This document shows positions 39,822 through 52,166 of a DNA stretch of 64,000 nucleotides, piece after piece (the stretch's first letter is position 1; each line of letters opens with the position of its first letter). The DNA comes from Phyllosticta citribraziliensis (Eukaryota), in NCBI RefSeq assembly GCF_038025025.1, contig NW_027117344.1, positions 868,001-932,000 of the forward strand. The letters are read 5' to 3'. Both the position numbers and the translations under genes were made by a program. The notes below the pieces were generated by a model, which was given only the letters and a program-made list of their open reading frames with translations, was not told where the DNA came from and searched no databases.

Positions 39822-39896
39822 GTGCATTCCCTCAGCCACTCCTCACTCCTCTCTTCTCTTTGTTTCCAAGATACCCCGTTTCTCCCACGTTTCACA

Positions 39897-41806
39897 ATGA
39901 CTTCTACCACTCTCTCGACGCCGTCCACCGGCAAGTACGAGCAGCCAACAGGCCTGTAAGTGTGCCCGCGCTGCCTGATGCGCCCCTCCGGAGCTGACGT
40001 TGCCTCTGCTACAGCTTCATCAACAACGAGTTTGTCAAGGGCGTCGACGGCAAGACCATCGAGGTCATCAACCCCTCCACGGAAGAACTCATCTGCTCCG
40101 TACACGAGGCCACTGAGAAGGATGTCGACATTGCCGTTTCCGCTGCCCGCAAGGCCTTTGAGGGCGAGTGGAGACACGTCACCCCCGAGAACCGTGGAAG
40201 GCTTCTCGTGAAGCTCGGCGAGCTCTTCGAGAAGAATGCCGACAAGCTTGCTGCGGTGGAATCGTTGGACAACGGCAAGGCCTTGTCCATGGCCAAGGTC
40301 GACGTCAACATGGCAGCTTCCACCCTGAGATACTACGGAGGTTGGGCAGACAAGGTCGAGGGCAAGGTTGTCCACACCAACAATGACGTCTTCGCCTACG
40401 TTAAGAAGGAGCCGGTAAGTTGTACACTCAATCGACCGTGTAGCCCTGCCTAATTGGCATGCTAGATTGGCGTTTGCGGTCAAATTATCCCGTGGAACTT
40501 TCCTCTGCTCATGTGGGCATGGAAGATTGGCCCTGCCGTTGCCACCGGCAACACCATTGTTATGAAGACGGCTGAACAGACTCCACTTTCCGCGCTTGTC
40601 GCTTCGACTCTGATCAAGGAGGCGGGCTTTCCCCCTGGTGTTATTAACAACATCACTGGCCTCGGCAGGATTGCTGGTGCGGCCATTGCTTCGCACATGG
40701 ACATTGACAAGGTCGCCTTCACTGGCTCAACGCTTATTGGCCGTCAAATCCTGAAGGCTGCCGCGGGCTCCAACCTGAAGAAAGTGACACTTGAGCTTGG
40801 TGGCAAGAGCCCGAACATCATCTTCGCGGATGCCGACATTGACGATGCCATTTCGTGGGCCAACTTTGGCATTTTCTTCAACCACGGCCAGTGCTGCTGT
40901 GCTGGTTCTCGCATCTACGTCCAGGAGAGCATTTACGACAAGTTCTTGGCTCGCTTCAAGGAGCGCGCTACCCAGAACGTCGTTGGCAACCCCTTCGATG
41001 CTAACACTTTCCAAGGACCTCAGGTCTCTCAGTTGCAGTTTGACCGTATCATGGAGTACGCCGTCCGCTCTTGCAGTAGCTGTACTCTGCTAACTTTGAG
41101 ATAGGTACATTGAGCACGGCAAGCAATCGGGAGCAACTCTTGAGACTGGTGGAAAGCGCAAGGGCGACAAGGGATACTTCATCGAGCCGACCATCTTCTC
41201 CAACGTACCAGACGACGCGAGGATAGGCAACGAGGAGATTTTTGGCCCCGTGGTGGTGCGTTTTCCCCAGCCCCATCAGCGGAACTGAACCTCCACTCTT
41301 GATGACTTAACTAACTCAAACGTAACAGACGATTTCAAAGTTCAAGGACGCAGACGAGGCTGTCCGGATCGGCAACGACTCGAACTACGGATTGGCTGCA
41401 GCTGTAAGTTCCCCAGCTTCAACCAATAATACCTTTTTTTGGTTCCCCACCCGCCACCTCCGCAAACGTGCGCAGCTCCGGACCATCTGTGCTCCGCTAG
41501 CGGTTCGGGTTGCATTACCCCGAGGCTCTGTCCCATCACCCCTCTCCCCTGCTCTCCATTGTCCCTGTACCATTACTGACGCATCCTTTGCAGGTCCACA
41601 CCAAGGACCTCAACACTGCCATTCGCGTGTCAAACGACCTTCGCGCCGGCACTGTTTGGGTGAACAACTACAACCAACTGCACCACGCCCTGCCCTTCGG
41701 TGGCTACAAGGAGAGCGGTATTGGCCGTGAGCTCGGCGAGGAGGCTCTTGCAAACTACACGCAAACCAAGACCGTCAACATCAGACTGGCCGGTTCGATA
41801 TTCTAG
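39897..41806 (+). CDS. aldA: NAD-dependent aldehyde dehydrogenase (AldA/ALDH2-like)
   Basis: Multi-exon gene from [27 protein letters not shown]. Motifs [30 protein letters not shown] (catalytic Cys), [16 protein letters not shown]. Confidence 0.93.
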
Positions 41807-43561
41807 ATTGCCCAAGTGTGTGGGGCTTTGAGTTTGTTCGTGGTGGGGAAGAGCAGTTAAGAGAGCAAGTTGACAAGGGAAAAGTTGAACATCGGACCAA
41901 CGAGAAGATCTCTCATGATGGCTTGCATATGAAATGTTCAGATCACGAATGGAAGTGAGCAATAGGCCAATGAGCCAGCTATGTCTTGCGGGAGACGAGA
42001 CTGTGGGGATTCCCGGCAGCTGAAGCCAAGTTAACCTAGTATCTGTAAATATTCACAAGCTTTCTGCTTTCATTGGGCCTTGCATAAAGCAGACACGCGT
42101 GAAGTGCTTTTGGTTTCTGTCCCTCGGAAGACGGCTCTTCCTTCTGCCGCATCCGAACCCGAGCCCTCTACCCGCTTCGGAAGCTAGCCTGTAACGAGCC
42201 AAGCGCCAAATCCAAACGTCAACCAAAAGCTTGACCGAAAAGCCTACAGTTTCCAGCCTTCTCTTTCTTGTCACCACTGCCCACAATAGCCCGCCCTAAT
42301 ATTTCCTTTCCTCTTTGAGACTCCGCGCTCTCCATTCCTTTATCGCGAGTCTTGTTTCTTCTTCGACTCGGCTCCGGTCGGAAGGACGGCACCGTGATGT
42401 CTTGGTCCCTTGCTTCGTGACGATTTCGATCTGCAACCCACGCACGACGTCGTCAAGGAACGGCATCATTATTCCACCATCTACGGGACGAATGTGCCGC
42501 GAGCCAGTCCAATTCAAGCTCTTTTGACGAGACACGGCCTCGCTGTAGATGGCAGCGAAGACTTGCTTCGGGTCATCTTGGACCGGGCTATCACGACACC
42601 GCCAACGCCACCCCCGAGAGAGCGTGGCGTGCTTGTTCGGCCTCGCTGTCTGCGCGGAGCGCGATCGGAGACTGAGCCTTCTTGAGCGTGGTGGCGAGGA
42701 TGCAGCCGGGGGATTTTGGACGGTAGTTGCGCTGGCGCGGCTTGCTCTGCTCGCCAGCCTTTGGTTGGCGGTGATGAAGGTCAAGAAAGCCTGCTGATGT
42801 TGTGTCAGCTTGTCGTTCAACGGTAATTCGTATTTTTGGGGCAAAGTCTTCGATTGGTGGCATCAAGAAGTGCTCATCAAGCCTCCCAATGATCTTTTCG
42901 CAGCTCCGCGACCATGGTGGTCTGACCATAGACCTCGAAGGTTGGACTTCGAATGCGATGCTCTATCGGAGAGATGGACATGCCGGCTCTTTTGACCTTA
43001 GAGCCAAATGGCCTCAACTCGTAGGCTTCAAGTAGGTATCGTACTTTCCTTTGGCAATTGAAAAGAGCAAGGAAAGAAGAAAAGAAAGAAAAGAAAAAAA
43101 GCCATGGCCTCTCTGGAGGATGGTAGTTGTGCGATCAACTAGCAGTCATCCCTTTCAAGTCTCCGTACTGCTCTTGGACGCCCAAGAAGATGGCGATATT
43201 GTTTTTCTCGGGATGCCGTGCGTGTAGTGTACATGTAAGCTGTGGCCAGCAAAGCAGGAAGGCGCGTCCCTTCCACGTCGTCGCGCGCCGAGTCGCCCAT
43301 CTGCTCCTTCCAACGGACAGTCGAGCGCCGCCCGCCCGCCGCCGTCGTGGTGGTAAACAGACGCGTCTGCAACCTCGCACCTCGCTCCCTCTTCTTTTCT
43401 CTCCACCTTCTCCCTTACGACTGCCGCTTTCAACGGCAAACGTTTCGTATTCGCCTTCGGGTTCGTCTTCTCCTTGCACCCGCGCTTGCCAGCTTCAGCT
43501 CAAAGAAGTGGAATCAGCAGGCACACACGACAACATCGAAACAGCGAGAAGGTCCACGAAC

Positions 43562-46500
43562 ATGACACCCAGGAAACCACCTACAGAGCCCCGTGCCGAG
43601 AGATGGAAGCTGCAAGCTACTGCTCAAGACCCGGGAGGAGGGTCGAAAGCGAGTGCTTACAGTCCTGCTAAGCTTGCTCACGGCAAACAGGCCACGCAGC
43701 CTTCCGGTTTGCCTGAAGCTTCAGCTAGACCTACCTTCCCCAAGCCCGCTCAATCGGCGCCTGGGCCACCTGACATAGGCTCGTTTCGCCCGACTCGGGC
43801 TGCGCCCAGCTTGACATCCTCGGCACAGGACAGGTCTACTGATATTCAACGCACTATAGCCCAAACCGCTCTGGCTCGCATTGCGGGTCCATCTCAAGAG
43901 GCTGCCAGTCAGGGAGAAGACGCAGAGATCCCTAAGCATTGTGCAGGTACACCAACTTCTGAACCAAAGTGTGCTGGTTCTCCCACGGAGACCGCCGCTC
44001 ACGGAGAAGCAAGGCCCAGTCACCCAAATGTTTCGAAAATCTCTGCTCCTCTTGAAGATGAGACCCGGCGCGTGGGCCATGCCGCAGCACCTTCAGCTCA
44101 CAAAGATGATTTTGCTCGCCCAAGATTTTCCACCGCAAACTTTCACAGCCTGCCCATGAAACCTCCACCCATGGATCCGCCTGTCTTTGGCCATCCATAT
44201 GTTCACCCCTCGAGAGCTTCGCGCACTGCTCGTCCTGGCGAAATGCGCGAACACAGGGAAAGCCAGCACGATCACGCGGCACGTCGCGGAGAGGATCGTC
44301 ATCGCGGCCGAGATCCATATCCGGATCATTGCGTCTATTCAACCGATCCAAACTTGCCCAAAATCAAGGTTGAGGATGATGACCAACTTACATATGAACT
44401 GGAACTGGCTCCCGTCCGTCAAGAAGCCCCGCCAGCTCCAAGTCCCCGAACACAGCGTGCAATCGCTCGAGAAGAGTCGAAGGTCAGTCAATTGTTTCCG
44501 CAACAAGTTGAGCAGTCTCCTGGTGTAGTATGATACAGTCAAAGTGGACATGTGCTGACGTTTGAATGAAGACTACCGGCCACAGCGCCGAGCAAAGCAA
44601 GTTGCAGTATTGTGGCCGATGCGCCAATGACCACAAGACCGAAGATTGCCAAGCCGAAGAATGCCGACGATGTCGTCTCTACCATCTCGCTAATGTGAAT
44701 TGTTTCGAAGCTGGATCGGTGCGAGCTAAAAGAGAACACGCTGCGGCGTCAACGGATGCTCCCCAACAGCAAGCAGCTCAGCTCTTCCCGCATCAGATCA
44801 GGGCTGCACGTCGACAGCAGACTCAGAATCAAGTAAGTGAGCCACCACTGGCCTTCAACGTTAGCAAGTTTCAAACCGTACGCAGAGACTAACAATACCT
44901 GGAACGAGCAGGCTGGAAAACATAAGACCAAAAATGTCTGCGATCGCTGTGGAGGAGGCCACAAGAAAATGCCATGCAATGTCAAACAGTGTCACAAGTG
45001 CGGTTCCATCCACGGCAAGAAAACATCCTGCGCCAAAGCTGCCAACCAAAGGGCCGAAAGAGAAGCCGCTCGACAAACTAGCATCCAGCAATTTCCACAG
45101 CAAGATGAAGGCAGCGCCAATGCGACAGACAAGACGGAGGGAAATGACGTTGCAATGGCCGCCAATACGACAAGCAAGACTGAGGGAAACGACATTGGAA
45201 TGGCCGCCAATGCGACAAGGAAGATTGAAGGAAACAACATTGGAAAAAGCACGGCAGACGATCAAAGCTCTGAGAAGCAATGCAGTCAATGCGGATACGT
45301 CCACAAAGGGGCATGCAAAACCCCATTCTGCCATCATTGCTGCTCTTTTCACACCATCAGGATCAATTGCTTCGAGGCTCGCACCATCAGGGCGCAAAGA
45401 GACGCCTTCTATGCGGCGAAAGAAGGCAATCCTGAGGCTCGAGCGGAGCCTCACACAGAGCCACGTGCCCAGATCCAGTCGCCGCAACCACAGACTCTTC
45501 CAGGCCTCCAGGGACCACAGGGCCAGACTCAACATGACAACAGTCTGTACGCGGAAACCTTGAAGTTCTTCTATGAAAGAGATGGACCTGAGGGTGCTCT
45601 CAATTTCTACGCTAGATTCGGGGCTGGCCGACAATTCCAGCTTCCCGTGCGCCCATCGCCACAGACTTCTGTCACTCGTTCGATCGAAGAGTCGATGGTG
45701 CAGCCAACGCCCACGGACCACAATATTGCCAAGCAACGACAGTCCCCAGGAAATGATTCTACAGATTGGGGCACCGATTACACGTCGGAAAGCGAAGATG
45801 AGGAGGAAAGGGACTCTCCGAAAGCCGTCCCAAAGGCCAAGCGCAGGCGCCTGGACAAGGAGGATGACGATGGCCTGTCCACGTTGCGGCGTGAACGCAA
45901 GAGGAAGACAACAAAGCCAAGTCCTAAGGCCAAGCGGTCCGAAGCGAAGATGGTCCAGCGTACCAACAAGCGCAAGCATGAAAGCGAGGACGAGCTGGAG
46001 GACCAAGAGCCTAAGAGACGTAAATCCGGAAAAGAGAGTCAGCCTGTCAAGCGGAAGTCGCAGGCCATGACCAAGACCAAGCAGCCCATCAAGAGAAAGC
46101 CCGAGTCGGACAGCAGTCACAGCAGCGATTCATACAGCAGCGACGACGAACTCCCGCCACCAAAGCCGACCAAAGCCAAGCAACCCATCAAGAGAGCACC
46201 CAAGTCGGATAGTAGTAATAGCAGCGATTCAGAAAGCAGTGACGACAAACCCATGCCACCAAAGCCGACCAAGGCCAAGCAACCCATCAAGAGAGCTCCC
46301 GAGTCGGACAGCAGTGACAGTAGCGAATCGGAAAGCAGTGATGATGAACCCACGCCACCAAAGCTGACCAAGGCCAAGCAACCCATCAAGAGAGTTCCCG
46401 AGTCGAACAGCAGTGACAGCAGCGATTCAGAAAGCAGTGACGACGAATCCAACCCACCAAAGCCGAAGAAGCTCAAGGTTCAAGATTCGAGACCTAAAGT

Positions 46501-46651
46501 CGCAGCGAAAAAGTCCAAAAGAGAGGCGGAGCAAAAGGCGGAGAAGAAGCCAAAGAAAGTTGCCGTCGTCACAATCAAGACTCCCGCAAAAGAAGGAAAT
46601 AAGAAGACTGAGAAGACCCACGGAAAAAAGAAGAGCAAGAAGCACAAGTAG
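43562..46651 (+). CDS. Orphan ~990-aa disordered protein with three paired CCHC zinc-knuckle modules and a basic/acidic repeat tail
   Basis: Exons 43562-44527, 44572-44832 and 44912-46651, joined in frame by canonical introns (GTATGA..GCTGAC..AAG; GTAAGT..ACTAAC..CAG). The start could lie further upstream in the same ORF. Confidence 0.7.
45116..45250 (+). repeat. Coding 45-bp tandem repeat x3 (ANATDKTEGNDVAMA-like)
   Basis: Seen in both the translation and the DNA. Confidence 0.8.
46073..46468 (+). repeat. Coding 99-bp tandem repeat x4 (KAKQPIKRAPESDSSDSSDSESSDDEPxPPKPT)
   Basis: Four imperfect 33-aa units are visible in both protein and DNA. Confidence 0.9.
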
Positions 46652-48269
46652 CCGCCCACCACGCGTCTCCGCTACGGGCAGCCGTCATGCCTGATTGACC
46701 GCGCACGTCTCTGGCGATTGTACCCCTAAACCCTTTGTACCTTTCACCAGTCACAGTCATTGGACGCATTCCAATCGTGGAGTAAACCACGTGAAAAAAT
46801 CAGCTCGGCGAATGATGCTCACACGTCCACGATCGTGCCAGGTGGAACCTTCTCCCTTCTCTTCCTCTGTGGATTTGGAGGGAAATGCCAAGATGAGCTC
46901 AACCTGTCTTTACTTGATGTGGTGTCATCAGAGGTTTCCCTCTCTCGGGTGGTTGGAGAGGGGGGTGGGCGGAAAGAAGACTTGGGGTTGTGGGGGCGTG
47001 GATGGAGGGCTTTGGACGGCGGTGTAGCTGGATGCTGGGTTCAAGTACAGAAAGGTCTAGAGCCATCAATCTCTGTTCAGACGTAAGAAAGTTCCAATGA
47101 CACCTCCTTCCCACTCTCCACATTGGCGGTCTGAGTCGGTGATGAGTAGCAGCCGCAGCAGCTCCAGTAGAACTCTAATCCTCTCTTTGCTCTATTTCCC
47201 GTCTATCTATACGTTGCGGTCGCCGCCTTGATATTCGATGAGCTAGCACAGCAATGGGGAGACAAACAATGCACTGGAAGAACAGGAAAACGCGAAGGAA
47301 GGGGGAGGGGGTAAAAGCACGCGGCTTTTGTATAGCGGGGAAAGAGAAGAATGGAATAATGCCTGGAGACTGGGTACAAAGAAACGTGAGCAGTTCAGCA
47401 GTAGTCGCAGCATCAGCAGCGGAGTGGCACAACGGAGAAGACATTGGCAAAACACAATTTGATGCCTGAGTATGGTACAATACAGAGAAAGCAAAAAGAA
47501 AAGTTGGGACACAGCACAGCAGCAGAACAAAACAAGACCAAGCGACAGACACATCAGAAAAGCACACACACGCAATCTGAAGTCAACCGGATTCGCCTAT
47601 CCGCCTGCTAGTCCGCCAAACGCCGTCGCAGTAAAGATCAATCGAGGATGGTTTTGATTTGAAGGGGGAGGGGGACAGGTGGGGACAGGTAAGGGGGAAG
47701 TGGGAGTACCGGTACGTAGGCAAGAGGAGTATCGGAGGCGAGTAACGTAGAGAGAAGAAAGGAAGGGGAAGTGCTTGGTATTTCGAATCAACCAGAGAGC
47801 GCACGGCGCTCGGACGCAGCGCGGTGGGTGGGGATCCAGGAACACGGGGGAGGAGATAAAAAACTGGGGGGAAGATGCGGACACGGACGGTCCACCGCCG
47901 GCTGCTTGTTGACGTGTGGGGTGCCGCGCCGCGGACCGGAGAAAGGTTGGTTGGTGCCTCGTGCGTGCGTTGCGCACGGGGAATGGTGTCATCATGGTTT
48001 ACAGATGTCGTAGAGTACTGTAGTTGCGGAGGTTCCTTGTGTGTGAGAGATGCCTGAGCTAAAGGTGTCAAGCTTAGCGCGGAGCGTGCACCTGCACGCC
48101 TGAAGGGACAAGACGAGCGAGACATCGAGGTACCTAGCAGCCAAGCAGTTCCGCTCGCCCGCGTGGTCCCGTTCCGCCGAAGCCGCGCGACGGCAAGCGG
48201 TGCGGTAGTTTTTTCTTGATTTAGTTGCGTGGTTGGATGGGTCGAGGTGGTTGGATGGTGGGTTGGCGC

Positions 48270-49256
48270 TCACATGCGTGCCGAATCCACGCTCCTGTCA
48301 CGCTGCATGTCGTCTGGCATGGACCGGCGTATCGCCTCGCGGACGGGGAGGAAGCCTGCCACGCGCCATTTGCTTCCCTCTCCATCCCAACGCACACCAT
48401 TCTCATCTGCATCCACGTCGACCAGCACCGCATCCACCTCCTCTTTGCGCGCGAACTCGCAGTCGCTCTCCTCGCCGCAGTACAGCACCGCCTCTTCGCG
48501 CCCGACGCCCAACCGCGCCAGCGTGTCTGCAAACGGCGTCTGCCCTGTCTCGGCGTCTCGCTCGCTGCTTCCCACCACCGTCATCGCGTCGACAAAGTTG
48601 GACAGATACAGGTGCTCGATGGCCCACGCCGCCTGGTCGCGACTCATTTCGGGCTCAACGGCAACGATGACCTTGGCTCCCGTGCGCATCAGTGTGCGGA
48701 ACAGGGCCAACAGTCCCCTCGGCGGCAACAGATGCGTGTAGTACGTCTTCTTGTAGAGGCGGAACCACGAGTCGAGCTGGTCTTCGGCGGGTTCTGGGCC
48801 GAACTTGCGCAAGGTCGCGCCGAAGAGGTGCTTTTGATACGCAGGCCAGGGCTGGCCGTTGGCGGAGGCTGCCGAGGCGCAAGAGCTGTAGGTTTCTTCG
48901 AGGGCGGAGAGTGAGGGAGATGTCGGGGATGCCAGCATAGACTGCATGGCGCTGAGGACGGCGGAGACGGCGGCTTTGGTCGCTTGTCCGCCCGGGTGCA
49001 GCGTGCTGTTGAGCATGAAGACATGACAGCTTTTGGAGATGAGGAAGGGGGTGAATTGGTCCATGATGTCGGTTCCGGAGATGCTCGAGGCCTGTTTCTC
49101 GGGCACTTGGAGAAGCTGATCCGGGCGAGCTGCAGCTGGAGTGGGCGAGGGCTTCGAGTGGGCGCGTTTGAAGCTAGGTCTGCTGTCGAACATGCCAGGA
49201 TGGTCCTTTTCAGGGTTTGCGGCGGCCGTGGTAGAGAGAGAGAGCGTGTCGGCCAT
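48270..49256 (-). CDS. HAD-superfamily protein, apparently catalytically degenerate
   Basis: Single-exon ORF, most likely starting MADTLS. It follows the HAD layout (FMLNSTLH ~ FDLDDTLH; PPRGLLALFRTL..GAKVIVAVE; F..TLARLGV..EEAVLYCGE). Confidence 0.7.
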   Translation of the reverse strand: MADTLSLSTTAAANPEKDHPGMFDSRPSFKRAHSKPSPTPAAARPDQLLQVPEKQASSISGTDIMDQFTPFLISKSCHVFMLNSTLHPGGQATKAAVSAVLSAMQSMLASPTSPSLSALEETYSSCASAASANGQPWPAYQKHLFGATLRKFGPEPAEDQLDSWFRLYKKTYYTHLLPPRGLLALFRTLMRTGAKVIVAVEPEMSRDQAAWAIEHLYLSNFVDAMTVVGSSERDAETGQTPFADTLARLGVGREEAVLYCGEESDCEFARKEEVDAVLVDVDADENGVRWDGEGSKWRVAGFLPVREAIRRSMPDDMQRDRSVDSARM

Positions 49257-50027
49257 GGCAGCACGTGGGGTGCGTGGTTGGTCGGTTGATTTGCGAATGT
49301 TTAGGTTTCGATCTTGGCTTTGTGCTCCGACGGGGTCAGAAATTGGAAAAGGGTCGCAGTGAGGGAGGTCGACGGCAGGCCGGCGCAGATTGAGGGAGCG
49401 CAGAGCTTTAATCAGTGGGAATGGGAGTGAGGGCGACATTGGATTGTCGGCCAGGGGGCTGACCTGAGAAGCTGATGCAGGGGTGCGTCGACTGTCTTGG
49501 TGTCTGTCTGGGCAGCAACGATGAAGACGGCACAGGCACTGAAAAGGAAACAAACCTTTGAACTACCCACCGTCAACTAGGCCCACGCGAAGGACTGGTC
49601 ATGTCCAACTGCTCCAGTCACACAGCCTAGCCTGTCAGTCGAAGCCGTCATCTGCGTTTTTGCGTTTTGCAAACGTCAGGTGCAACGGTCGACGCTTTGA
49701 AACGGGGGTTGTTGCATCCGCACCCATGATGGTGTCGCGCGTGCGACTTGCAACGGCCAGAGCGACTCGGCGACTGCACAGGATAGGACAGCGGAGAGGG
49801 GGCAGTGAATAATCAACAACCGGAGTCGGTCGTCGAGAGAGTGTAAGAGGCCATGATGCATGATGGTGCCAGCCAGGTAAGCGAACAGATCCTCGCCTCA
49901 GAGGCCTGTGCCGAGGTCGACTTCCCCGCAACATCATCTTGACCATCCGGTCCCCATTGACAACACACGCCTCCATTGCCTTGACAACAGATAGAATTTC
50001 TTTTCCAATTGTCCAAGGGTTGCCACC

Positions 50028-51294
50028 ATGAGTGCAAAGCGCAAAGACATGCCGACCCTTCCCAAGAGCAAGGAACTCTCGTTAGCGCCACCAGACCCAG
50101 GCACCTTCGAAGGTATCCCCAAGATTCAACGTATCGCCGATGACTCGGTAGGACCGTGAGTTGTCCTCGAGAACTTCCTGTCTCGTACAAGCCTGCTAAT
50201 TCATTTTCAAAACCAAGACGGCTCAAGGGCAAAGTAGCCATCATTACCGGTGCGTGCTACCAGGACGGCAAGGGGGCCAAGCCTTCTTCCAACCAACAAA
50301 ACGACACACGTGCGCGCAAAACCAAGACAACGGCTTGCTAATCCAAATTGCTTCTGCGCAGGTGCAAACAGCGCCCTGGGCATCGGACGGGCCACGGCGC
50401 ACCAGTTTGCCCAGAACGGCGCAAAAGCAGTGTTCCTGTGCGACTTTAGCGGCGACCACCTCGACACGCATAAGCGAGAGCTGAAGGCACTGTATCCAGA
50501 CGTCGAGGTGCACGCCCGCCGGTTCGACGCCGCCGACGAGGCGTCGGTCAAGAGCGTCGTCGAAGAGGCGCTGAAAAAGTATGGAAGGCTGGACGTCATG
50601 TTTGCCAACGCCGGCATCGCCCACGGGGAGCACCTGTTTGAGACAGAGGGCGAGAGCTTCATGAACTCGATGCGCGTCAATGCTCTCAGGTACGGCTACA
50701 TACCTATCCCTCATCTCCTCCCGGCCGATCATTGCAGTTCTAATACGCAGCGTCCAGCGTCTTCCTGGCAGCCAAGTACGCGGCCAAAGCCATGACGGTC
50801 ACGTCGACCAGCAAGCCGTACCCGTTGGGGTCGATTGTGTCGACGGCGTCGGTGGCCGGGCTGCGCTCCAACGCGGGGGCCACCGACTACTCGGCCTCCA
50901 AGGCGGCCGTCATGTCCATCATGCAGACGGCCGCCTTCCAGCTGACGGGCTCGGGCGTGCGCTGCAACGCCATCTGCCCCGGCGTCATCGAAACCGGCAT
51001 GACCAAGCCCATGTACGACATGGCCCGCGCCCGCGGCACCCAGCGCCGCATCGGCCAGCTGAACCCGCTGCAGCGCGGCGCCGTCGCCGACGAGGTCGCC
51101 CGCGTCGTCTTGTTTTTGGCCAGTGATGAGGCTAGCTACGGTGAGTTTTGGTTCCCGGTTGGACAGGGGTGAAACCGTCTTGGCTGTCGTATGTATGCAC
51201 GTTTGCTGACTCCAAAACAGTCAACGGGCAGGCTTGGGCGGTGGACGGGGGCCTGAGTGCTGGGCATCCCTTTGTGCCAGGCAAGCTAGCATAG
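50028..51294 (+). CDS. Short-chain dehydrogenase/reductase (3-oxoacyl-ACP-reductase-like)
   Basis: Multi-exon gene with RLKGKVAIITGANSALGIG, DVMFANAG, catalytic YSASK, RCNAICPG and ASYVNGQAWAVDGG. Confidence 0.9.
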
Positions 51295-52142
51295 GGGTTG
51301 TGGAGAGGGAAAAGAGGTGAGTGTGGGAAACGGCGAAAAGAAGAAGAAGTTGACCAAGAGAATCACATTTTGTACAGTGCAAGCCACGCGACATGAGAAT
51401 GATGATGATGAAAGCCTGCAACGTCTTTCCGTATCCAAACCTACCTCTCCAACCACCCCTAACTGCGGTTGTCGACCTAGCCGGGAGCATTATCTCAAAT
51501 TCTGCCCATTCCACCGGTCAGAGCTGCTACGTTTACTCGCGATGCAGGGCAACAGTCCGGCGAACGGGCAGGCAAACCAGTCCGTCAACCAGTCCGTCCA
51601 TTTCTGAATGCCTTGGCGCAGCAAGTACCTGGACCCCCAACCTCGCATAATGGAAGAGGGGCAACCGGAAAGGCGGGGGACGGAAAGACAAGTCAGTGAA
51701 ATAGAAATCAAACACCGTGATGGATACCCAGATAAAAGCTCTTCGAACTTGTCCATACATGGACCGTGTATGTAGATGAGCAGGCCAGTAAGCAGCATAA
51801 CTACTTCATTTGTTGCACAAGGAAAGAAAATGCTACCAAACTAGAACGCTACCCCGCGGTTTCGTCATGCCGCGTAAGTAAGTAGAGGTGGTGGTGTATA
51901 GGTATGCCCGGCGAGGCGAGTCACTTAGCGGGCGAGGAAAAAGAGGGAGGTTGGTTACTTGGGTTCGCGCATCGTGAGTGCCTAGTTGCGTGCCTACCTT
52001 ATGTACTACTTGGGTACCTACTACCTATCCACATATCTGCCTACCCTCAGCACGACGCTACGCCGCCGTGCGAGCAGGCGACAGACAGGTTGACAAGTTG
52101 ACCCTCAGCTGCCAACCTGGTATATCGACCCACCCACCTCCC

Positions 52143-52166
52143 TACATACATACATACATACATACA
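52143..52166. repeat. Microsatellite (TACA)6
   Basis: Read directly. Confidence 0.85.

Noticed and set aside
41795..41830. Cryptic peroxisomal (PTS1) read-through extensions on ALDH, SDR or GPP
   Set aside because: The stops are TAG without the TGA-CTA read-through context, and no SKL-like end was seen nearby.
44861..46120. 419-aa antisense ORF opposite the knuckle gene
   Set aside because: Leu-rich mirror of the K/E/Q-rich sense ORF; no independent features.
46073..46468. Regular repeats as a possible CRISPR-like array
   Set aside because: In-frame coding tandem repeats without unique spacers, in a eukaryotic context with no cas genes.
43562..46651. Intact LTR retrotransposon
   Set aside because: No protease, RT, RNase H or integrase motifs and no LTRs seen; the gene has spliceosomal introns.
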